Part shown: positions 54,409 through 64,000 of the stretch, in pieces
Numbering within the stretch: position 1 is the stretch's first letter
How the letters are laid out: the number at the start of each line of letters is the position of its first letter
Assembly (NCBI GenBank): GCA_905178155.1
Contig: CAJINV010000004.1
Span: 7,034,358-7,098,357 of the forward strand
DNA: 64,000 bases
Direction: 5' to 3'
Origin: Amoebophrya sp. A120
Lineage: Eukaryota > Protista > Dinoflagellata
Program-made: the position numbers and the translations under genes
The notes under the pieces: model-generated
Told to the model about the DNA's origin: nothing
Database searches by the model: none
Seen by the model: the letters and a program-made list of their open reading frames with translations, nothing else

Positions 54409-56088
54409 AAAATGAGATTCTGCTTTTTGATGACTAAATTGGCGAAATAGTCAAAGGAAAAACTGCACGAAAGAGTCCTATCACTGATATTGAAAAATAC
54501 AAATAACCAATCGATAGGAAACATAACGAAAGCGTTCATTGACATTGAAACATTTTACTAGTCGAGGTATCCTGGTGCTGGTCGCCTGAAGAATGCAATT
54601 TTTCAAACATTGCTTAGTACTATCACTGTGCCGAGAATCGATGAGAGCAAAATCATCCGTGGCTTCGCAAGATCGTCGACAGAAACAATTGGCCACAGAC
54701 ACATCACATGATCAAGTAGGAACTTCCGAAAAACGAAAAAGTTTAAATGATTGATCGCTTGCTTGCGGCTTTGATTGTGCCCTCTTTCTTTGTTCTTTCT
54801 TCCTTTTCGGTCTGGGCACGGCGCCAAAGATGCGAGGTTCTATAGGCTTCTCTTTCCAGCAGAACAAGACGAAGATCCTCATGATCCTGATCCTGTTCAA
54901 CATCATATACAAAAATAGAGCGAAAATCTTCATTCCTGAGACTGCTGAGGATCCTATTGACTTCGCAGATGGAGATGATGAACTGTCTGCAGCAGTCATC
55001 GCAAAAAAAACCCGTCCCGCTGTATTTCTTCATTCTCAATTCGAGGAAGCGAGGGAGTGGGTTCAAACGAACAACCAGTAGCAAATGCAGCAGTATACCA
55101 GTATACTTGTTCAGAATGAACAACCAGTAACTTGTTCAGATCATGCTAGCACTAGCATATGACCGTCACGAGCACGAAAACGTAAAGCGCTGGTCACTGC
55201 GCCAGGCACCATGTATTTTGTGCTTGGTTCCTGTCCATACCGAAATTGCAAATGCTCAATGGATGGGCCGCGGAAAATTCTTGCGTACTTAGCCCAACCT
55301 CCCTGCGATCGCGAGGACATTCAACAGAAGCAGGGTGCAGCTTATGCAATTGACGATAGATCCGAAGAGAAAAAATACAGATGGCCCTCCGACACCTTCG
55401 CACGCTTCTTGGTGAATAGAGTTCGATAATTTTGGTGATTCGGTAGGAAACTACTCAAGCCACATGACCCATCGACATCGTGAATTAGTAATAGTATGAC
55501 GTCAATTAATTTTGAAATTGAAGAAAATAAAGTTGCTAAAGGTCGTGGTCGATATTCATTGCAATACATGACTCGATGTTGTACGTAACGAAGCAAAAGA
55601 ATTCTATAAACACGTGATGAAAAAACAAAAATAAAGATGAGGAATCGAAAAACAAAAAATACACCGTGGATGAAAGAATAAATGATATATCAAAGCGGCA
55701 ATGTCGTATAGAAGTGACGCGGGCTTGATGAGGGTCATTAAAACCACAAAACCCTCTGTAACAGCACGATCGGAAGACCGGTAGTTGGCTAGCAGGCAAA
55801 ACTTCGCCCGATAGCCATGCGCAGAAGCATGTGATCCCCATCTCCTGCAACGGGACCACATCCACCCGACGCTCCTGTATTTTTTTTACGAAAATCTTCA
55901 GGACGTCTGATCCGGCGTATTCTCGTTTCCTCGAGGCCCAAAGAAATTCGCCAAAAACTCCAGCTTGAACTTCTCAATAGGAATATATATGCAGATGCAA
56001 ACTATGAAAAAAACGTCGGATAAGCCAGGAGAAGGACGAAATCAGAGCAAGAACAACAACAAGACCAATAGTAGCCGCGCCCGCGGGG

Positions 56089-56824
56089 GTAGTGAGGTCA
56101 CGCCGGTTTTCTTGACTACTTACCCGGCCCCATTTCCCTCACTGCTCCTGCGCATTCCCATGAGCAAAAGAAAATAGTCGCGCTTTTGTCTCGAGCATTC
56201 CCACGCGTAGAATGTTGCTCCACATGGTGTCGCGGATGGATGATTGAAATCACGACCACCGGCCTCCGCATTCCTGTCTTCAAAGCTCGAAAGCCTTCCC
56301 CACATGATATGGCCCCGGCAAGGCCTCCACCAGGGCCGAGCCCTTGGGCGCCCCAAATCGGGTCCAGCATAGCATGCGGACTGGCTTTCTGCCTTTGGCG
56401 GCCTCTGAAGTTTTTGCTTTTTTTTCGTGCAGAAGTCGCACTCTTTGGCGTGCTCCCCACATTACAACTGGCCGACTTTTACTTCCGCCTCAAAATTATA
56501 CAGGCCAAAACGGGGCCCATAGGTACCGCGCGGACTCGCTCTTTCTTTCCCGCCGCCCATTTTTTGGCGCCCCCAATCGGCGGAAGTAGTTTCGCAGGGC
56601 GCCGCAGAAGGGCGCCACCTTTGCCGGCTCCCTTGCGTCGTTTTGTTGTCAATCGGCAATCGACAGTATTCCTCCGGGCTTGTTTGGCAACAAAGCCCCA
56701 CCCGATTGCAAAATGGAAATCTTTTTTGTGCAAAAACGCCGCCGGCTGATAGATATCTGCCGGTCGTTTTGGATAAAGAGGCGTCAAAGGAAAAACTAGG
56801 ATAGAACGTTCGTGACCTCACTAC
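56089..56824. mobile_element. Candidate intergenic MITE (~736 nt)
   Basis: 14-bp inverted repeat GTAGTGAGGTCACG (56089-56102) / CGTGACCTCACTAC (56811-56824) bracketing a GC-rich block; no TSD found. Confidence 0.4.
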
Positions 56825-56945
56825 ACATCATATAATCATAATATCAAAATTATAAACGCGGCGTACTTGTAGTATCTCTGGCTCCTCCTGCTGGGCCCCT
56901 TCGCTCACAAGTTTGGCAACACCCGACACAAGAACGCACCACATT

Positions 56946-58561
56946 TTAGACTGACAGAAACGAGGACGAAGACGAATGTGCCTTTGCTGGATACAATATC
57001 ACAATGGGAGCCACGTTCTCACTGACGTTACATGCCCGGAGTACAGAAACCGGCAATGACGGGAATGCGTAAAACAAGGGCGGTTGCACCGAATTTCGGC
57101 GCGGGAGAAACGACTGCAGCAGAGAGGGGTTCTGCGGCGTGCTTTCAGGCGGTGAGAAGCGGAAGAACCTGTTGTTTGCGGTTCCTGGGATCATGTGTCC
57201 ACCAGAAATGCTAGCAAGCCAGTCCTCCACGAAGTAATTCAGTGCCCGCGCTTTGTCCATCATGTTGTGACCGGCGAGCGCCTTGTCCACCTCTCCGATG
57301 GCATCCGTGCCGCGATTTCCATTGTTCACTATCGACTGAAATTCAGGTATACCCGTGTTGCTGACCCATGGACCAACCGAAAAGGCGGCATTATAGTTCA
57401 GCTTGGCCACACCTTGCTTGGTCCCTACCACCTGTAGTGTGTAGTCTTGCGGGTTGTTGTCTCCGACGCCAGTTACACTTTGGACAGAAAAATATGAATC
57501 CGGGGGCACAATAAGATTGCCGGACTGTGACAACACCGTCCGTGTGGCAAAGGATTCAAGGACGGTCTCCTGAACGACTGTCGGGTTGCCCATGCAGTCT
57601 TGGGTGAGTCTTCTTCGTATGCCCAGGTCTCTTTTTTCGGTCGTAAGCGAGAGAGTCAGACGGTGTTCTGTTGTTTGTTTATGAATGTCTTGCACCAGTG
57701 ACGCAAAGTTACGTTGCTCCGAAGCGGTTGGCTGAGGTACTTGAGGAACAGGACGTCGGCCCGCCGCCTCTTCCAACAACCGCTCAGCCTTGACGCCTAT
57801 TAAAATGATATCACCAACTCCGGCCGACGCGATCCGAACGAAGACGCCCCGTCCCCAGCCCATCCTGTCGCCTTTGCGCGACTTCCTTTGCAACTTCACC
57901 CTACAAAAGGCACCGATACGGAGGGCAGACTACTAAAAGCGTAGGTAGCTCCTGCTTCTGTGATTCCGTTCCCCGGTCTCGCAACCAAGACACCGTTTTC
58001 CTCAAACGTTCGAGTCGTTGCGCCCCCAGTCGGCGACCCCAGTAGTGACCAACTACCAGCGTTGCGTCTTCTGAGTCGATTCTCCAAGTTCAAGTACAAG
58101 TTGCTGGCGCCGTTGACCACGAATTTGCGGCTGTGTCGTGCTTGCTCTACTTGTCGTTTGCTCGGTTGTCGTCGTGCTTGCGAGCAAAGCTTTGCGCTAC
58201 TGTTCTTCCTCGTTCTCCTGGTAGTCTTGATCCAGATGCTAATTAGGGCGGCACTGACGTAAAATATTGCGTGCTTCCAAACGAACAAACTGCGCTGAGA
58301 GAGTGCCAGTTGCTCTGCGCCCGAAAAAAGAAAAACCCCGAAGGTGGAACTGCAGCTGATAAAAAAAAAAAGCGATCCTCCCCTGATAGCGAGTCCCGAG
58401 CTTGAATGCAGAATCCTTTCTGGGGCCTGTAATTGTCCCGGTTCGTTAAATTTAGTTCCAGTACGCTCCCTGTGCGCGAAGTTGTTGATGTTGTACCTGT
58501 GCAAAATATTTGATGTTGTGCTCGTCGTCGTCTTTGAAATGAGGAAGAGCTGTGCTTGCAA
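56946..58561 (-). CDS. Hypothetical protein, multi-exon; ends uncertain
   Basis: ORFs 57896-58561 and 56946-57899 join in frame via a 35-nt GT-AG intron (57865-57899: VPFVG-MGWGRG); central part looks globular; no family recognised. Confidence 0.5.
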
Positions 58562-61027
58562 AAGCTATAAAGCTTACCCGGGTTTTGTTTCTTCGATTCC
58601 GCTGGTGTAGTACACCGAGCAGGATTGCAGCCTCCCGTGTGTCCGTTCCGGTTAGCACCAACACACTCTCTCTGTAACACAAACAGACCCCGACACTAAT
58701 ATATACTAATTGTTGTTGGGTTTTGAAAAAAAGGGCCGAGAAAATCTATACCTTCAACAGTGCGCCGCACTTCTCGCAGGTCCCCCAACGAAAAGCCGTT
58801 CTTGCCCTTCAAAAAGATAAAGAAGCTCTTGCCCTTCCGTTCCTCTCCCGCACAGTTTTACGCTATAGTTTTTTTTGTTCTGCTTAAGGCACGAGCTGTC
58901 CGTCAATTTGCTGCATGCAGGTCGTCGCGCAGCCTGTAGAAAAGAGAAACACAATTTGAGTTTTGAAGAATGAAATATAGATGGAGAAGAAGAAGAAGAA
59001 GTTGGAGTACTGCACTCAAAGACTATCAAGTCGAGGCTCGACTTCGTTGTTCGGCAAAGACAACTACGAGTACGACGCTTGCTTATTGCCGTCGAAAATA
59101 AAAGTATGTGGATCGATAGTGCTATATCTTCTCTTAGCCCCGAGTTTTCTTAGAAGATAACTCAGGTCTAATAAAATATACTTACCTGCTGCTTTTTATT
59201 TGCGTTTCCAATTCTTGACGTTTTGGTTTTTCCCGTTATTCAAATCCGTCCGGTTCTCCTTGCAGCTGTTTTGGTACGTAGTGATGTTCTGATGTGCTTC
59301 TCCTTGGGTAAAGAAATTAGAAGCTCGTTATTTTGGGTGAGTGCAGACGTGTTGGGTAAAGACGAAGTTTTTTTCGAGTAAAAAAGTAGTTGAGATGAGC
59401 GAACTGGTTGGTAACAATTCGTTAATTTTGCGACTCAGTAGTCTTTGCAGAAAAAATATGAACAAGAAAGCGAGTCGCCCTCCAATTCGCCTCCTTCCTT
59501 GGTTGCGCAGAAGTTTCAGTTTGTGTGCAGCTGCAGCTGGACCTTGAGTGAAAATAATAACAAACGATCGATGTAAATGGAGAAGACAGGAGCGCAAAAT
59601 CGACGAAGCTTGACGCTCTGTTGTTGATGCAAGAAATAGGACTTCAGAGGCTTCTTGCCTTTTGTGTTCGATGCAAGTGCTGTCTTCATGATTTTGTCCT
59701 TTCATTTTTCTTTCTCTGCCGTAGCTGTTGCTGCATTGTTCCTCAAGGGCTTATTGTTTCGCGACTGGAAATGTGATGAGGATGACGGAACCCCGCAAAA
59801 ACAACGCCAACAAACTGAAACTACTGCTCCACGCACGACAAGGAGGCAATGCTGTGAACGACTGCTCTTCTAGAATGATAAAAAAGGGCTTCTTCCGCGA
59901 AAACAGGTTGAGTGGCTGTAGTGGGGGGAAAGAGTCACGAAGAAATAAATGCACTTAGTTTGTAGCGACAGATGGTGTAGTCCACTTGGCAAGTGGAACA
60001 TGAGTATGCTCCCCTCACGAAAAAATCGTGTTGCATTACAGTCGTGGCCAATGTCCATCCCTTGAACGAAATTACGCACGTTCGCAGATCAAGAAAGCGC
60101 GAGGAACGAAGATGGGTCTGAGGCAGTGGAGTACGTCCGATTGACCCACATGCACGTCAACTTCAAAAGTACGGCTGTCAGTTGATATCTGGTACGACCA
60201 CGGCCAACTTCTACTTCATTGACGAAAGCAAGCGACTACGCGCGTGTGGACGAACCGATATTAATTATCAAAAATTTTTCTTGAAGAAAAAGCGCAAGAG
60301 CAAAGAAACCGAGACCGTTCACCATGCAAACAGCACTGTAACTTCTTCTACTATAAATATGTCATGTTCATAAAAAGCACGCGCTACTCTGTGATCTTCA
60401 AGATGCGTTTTTTCCGAAATATTCTCAAATCCGCGACGGGAATTGGCTCACGATGACACCGACATCATGCAGGGGCAGGACACAAAAAAATAGGAGAAGA
60501 TGACGCTCAATCTGACACCGAAAAAGAGATAAACTTCGTGAACGATAAGCGATGAAAGAAGCAGCCGACACGTTCATTCTGAGAGCATTCCTGTGTATCT
60601 CATCAACTACTGCAAGAAGAAAACCGAAACCGAATCATGGCAAACCGAAATTAAATGTTGCTTCATAGGGCGGTAGTTAAGGCTGCATCGACATGCAACA
60701 CGATCTGCATTTTCAACGAACAGTTTTTCCTTTGGTTATTGTGTGCTAACCTCGTGCTCTTCTTCCTGGTACTTTTCTTTCCCACGGAGACGGACTGTGA
60801 AGTCACTGCAATCCCAGTTGAAAATAAACTCCGTTGTACGACACATCACCGCTTAAAAGCCGCACTGTCAACATCTTTAACATCCCAAACAGATCTACTT
60901 CCTTCAAGCGATCTGGCGCATCAACACATGTCTTTGTCGTAGTACACGACCACTGGCAAAGAAATAACGGAAAGAACAACTACAACTCGAATTGCTTATG
61001 CTCCTCGCTGTCCTTCTCTCCCCACCC

Positions 61028-64000
61028 TCAACCGTCGAGAATCTCGTCTTCATCGTCCTCCGCAACATCGTCCTCAAACGAATCTTCCCCCCCAACAGCC
61101 TCGTCATCCTCCTGTGCCCACAACTGTTCCACCTCACTCCATGGCAGCGGAATCTCGTCGCCATACTTTTCCTCCAGCGCCGCCCGGAACTTGTCGACTA
61201 CCCCGAGGTCGTGCAGGATGTCGTTTTTGAACTCGCACGCTTCCATAATCATTTCCAGCCGGCACTTGAGCGGCTTGAAGTCGTAAACCAAGTACGGATC
61301 GTCTTCGAATTCGGTGCCGACCAGGTTCATCCGCCGCCGCGGGTGCTCCTTGTTGGGGACTGCTCTTCTCGGTAAGTGTGGATGGATCAACCGCCACACG
61401 ATGTGGTCCAGAGCCCGTAACCCATCCGCGAAGTGCTGGTCGAACAGTTCCGCGAGACGTAACGAGTTTGCTCGATAGTTTTTCTTTTGATCCGACTGTG
61501 ACTCTATAACGGGCGTTTGTGGTTGTACCGCGGAAGTGGCCGCATTCGTACTGGTTCTGTGCTGGGTGATGTCGTTGTTTTCGTCTTCGTTTTCATCTTC
61601 TTCATCACTGTCATCTTCTTCTTCTTCTCCACCAACATCGGATGCACCAAAAAATCCATCCCTCTTCCACATGTAGTCGCAGGTATCGGCATAGTGTGCC
61701 ACTGCGGCTTGCGCTTGCAGTTGAATTCTTTCTTTTGTAAATTCCTTCTCGTCCAGAGCTTTGCAAAACGCCAACAGCTCGTCCTTGTTCTTTTCGTTGC
61801 AGCTCGATTGCCGCTCTAAGTTGTGGACCAACATCTTGAACGCGAGGTCACAGTCTCCGTCCCCGTTGTAGATCCCTCGGAAGAAATCGAACTTTTTCAA
61901 GCCGGTAAGAAAGAGAACGCCAATCTCCTCCGCCGCGGCCATTCCGTCCATATTGGACACGGCAAAGATCAGTTTGCAGAGCTCCTCCTTCTGTGTCTCC
62001 ACAAGCGCTTTTCGGTCTGCGTCTCGCCGTATCAAGTGTAAAAGTGTCTGGGTCTGGAAGATTGCGAGATTTGTCATGCATATTTCGGATCACGCAAATG
62101 GCGTCTGATGCAGGCAAAAGCATCACAGGTTTTGAGCACGCCTCATGATGCCTCTGCCGCATGAGAAACTTCCTACTTGCGTGCCAAGAAATGGACAGCT
62201 TTTGGCGCTCATGCAACACAAATTTTTGTGTGTTCCAGAGTTTGCGTCACAAGTTCCAACCCTTCCACACCCAGACATTTTTGCATTTGATACGCCGTGA
62301 CTCGCTCGAGTGCATCGAGTCAAACCACTTGAAAGCAGCGGCATCGTCGTGCCGGAACAGCTGGACCCGCAGCCGTCTCGCGTATCTCTCCCGCTGCTCC
62401 CACGCGAAATACCGCCCGCCGAAAAGCTTCTCGTGCTTGGCCCATTCCCGCTGCGGGAGCGAGAAGATGGCCGTCGTAATTGCCAAAATCACACCGATAT
62501 GGATTGCAAATATGTCTGGGTCTGGAAGATTCCGAGATTTGTCATGCGGTTTTTACAAGCTCTGCCAAGTCTGGAATGCAGGGCGTAGCGTCACAGATTC
62601 TGCAGCCCCTTGGTGATGCCTACTCTGCATGAGAAATGCCCTCTCAGCATGGCCAGAAATGGGGACCTTTTGCAAGTCATGCAACACAGATTTGTGTATG
62701 ATCCGCAACACGCATCACAAGTTTGCATCCTTCCAGACCCAGACATTTTTGCGTTTGATAGCTGATCTGCTTTTTCCGGTTGTAGAGCTCGTCGATTTTA
62801 TCCCGCGCAGTTTCATCGCTTTCGTATCAAGTGCAAAAAAGTCTGAATCTGGAAACTTGTAATGCTCGGTTGGGAATAGTGAATGCTCTGCAATGCACAG
62901 CCCAGCATGAGAAATATCTGCGCTACTTAGTGTTGCGCTCTTCGCATGACAAGCTGCGTTTTTGCATGACACCAGGCAAAAGGCTCTCTTCTTGGACACG
63001 CATCACAAACTCCCCAGTCATGCCAGACAAGCATGACAAACTTGCATCCACATTCTTCCAGACCTCCCAGACATTTTTGCATTTGATATTTCGGCTTGTT
63101 CGGCTTGTCCCCCGAACGGCAACCACGTTTCTGGCAGAAGCTCAGGACAGTATTTCTTCGCCTCTTCGTATTCTTTCAACCCGGCGTGCGCTTTCAGCTC
63201 CAGCAGCAGGCTCTCGATGACCTCCCAGCTGCGGTCGTATAGGAAGCTTTGACCTTGTTCCAGGGTGAGGTTTTCAAAGACGTCCTGCAGCTGGTCCCCG
63301 AAAGCATCACCACTTTTGAAAACCTCCTCCGCAGGTCTTCCCGCCAAAAATTTCTCGCGGTCGAACTCCCCCGCAGAGATCACGAACTGGAAGTATGGAG
63401 TTGTAGAACGACGGGTTATTTTTCGGCGTTTTTTGTTGTTATTGTTAACGCTTGCTGCAGCAACATCCCGCTGGTCGTCATAGTCATCAGCTTCCTCAGC
63501 CTGATCTCCGTAGTAGTCAATCTCGGTTGCGGGGTCCAAAAACGCCTCTGGGTGATCATGCTCATAGGGAACAAGGCTGTCTGGTGCGGAGGTCCCACGT
63601 GTACTAGTTCCTGTGGACGAGGTAATATTTTGATTGCTCTTCCCTTCCATCGCAACTGCGAGATCATCTTCATCGTGGTAAGGCTCCTCCTGCTCAGCAT
63701 CATTATCATTTTCCCAACACTCTTCTTCATCCCCCGCCCTCCAATACAGCCACTTTAAACGATGGACCGGCGGCCGCAGCTCTTCTTCGGCCAAAATGGC
63801 GTCGAGAATGACGTCTTGGTTGCACAGATCTGCGACTGTTCTTACTTTTGTCGGGTCCACAAGCTGTTCGACGACTTTGGAGCCACTCATGTTACGAATC
63901 TTGATGGTGCGGAGCCGTTTTTTAACATTGGCTTTATTCGAGGAAGTTGTGGAGGTGGAGTTACTGGAGGTGGTTGCAGGAACTGCGTGGTTCGCTGCGT
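61028..64000 (-). CDS. Acidic hypothetical protein, possibly 5' partial
   Basis: ORFs 63018-63890, 62761-62824, 62293-62497 and 61028-62029 join in one frame after removing three family B elements. Confidence 0.75.
62030..62292. mobile_element. Introner family B, 263 nt
   Basis: TIRs; TSD CGCCG; frame restored. Confidence 0.92.
62498..62760. mobile_element. Introner family B, 263 nt
   Basis: TIRs; flanks ACCGA/GCTGA (2 mismatches); frame restored. Confidence 0.88.
62825..63088. mobile_element. Introner family B, 264 nt
   Basis: TIRs; TSD TTTCG; frame restored. Confidence 0.9.

Noticed and set aside
1525-63088. CRISPR array or bacterial REP/IS elements
   Set aside because: Repeats are inverted pairs with TSDs dispersed in eukaryotic exons; no direct repeat-spacer periodicity and no cas or transposase ORFs
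3281-63220. Recurrent short-ORF peptides (MQKCLGLE, FQTQTFLHLI, CKSIVLV, CAKVSYSY, HNSPSPSFV) as a protein repeat family
   Set aside because: They are translations of introner TIRs in various frames on both strands
63790-63800. GCCATTTTGGC match to the dinoflagellate spliced-leader core
   Set aside because: Only 11 nt and in frame within coding sequence; likely chance

Overview
Eukaryotic genomic DNA, most likely from an Amoebophrya-type (Syndiniales) parasitic dinoflagellate; this is inferred from architecture, not from a database hit. All credible genes lie on the minus strand: (1) a TRAF-type Zn-finger plus ankyrin protein (845-9108); (2) one giant gene (10752-48287) that I can splice by hand into a single frame of about 8,500 aa; (3) an ATP-grasp-like protein (49689-54408); (4) a hypothetical gene (~56946-58561); (5) an acidic hypothetical gene running off the right edge. 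The dominant signal is 59 short (108-755 nt) insertions in coding sequence. They fall into 11 families, are bounded by TAT...ATA terminal inverted repeats (TIRs; 4 have a variant end), and are flanked by a 5-bp direct repeat (TSD; 49 perfect, 10 imperfect). In all 59, removing the element plus one 5-bp copy restores the frame. They occur in both orientations and almost never offer GT-AG, so they behave as non-canonical introner-type introns. This class was described for Amoebophrya (Farhat et al. 2021), but I know of no established excision mechanism. Further observations: an internal GCAnnACA motif shared by the families and by some canonical introns; codon-position bias of TSD mismatches; a distinct 9-bp-TSD MULE-like element that makes a canonical GT-AG intron; apparent intermediates of conversion to canonical introns; a cargo-carrying long copy. 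All coordinates and counts are by hand, and no transcript data were available.
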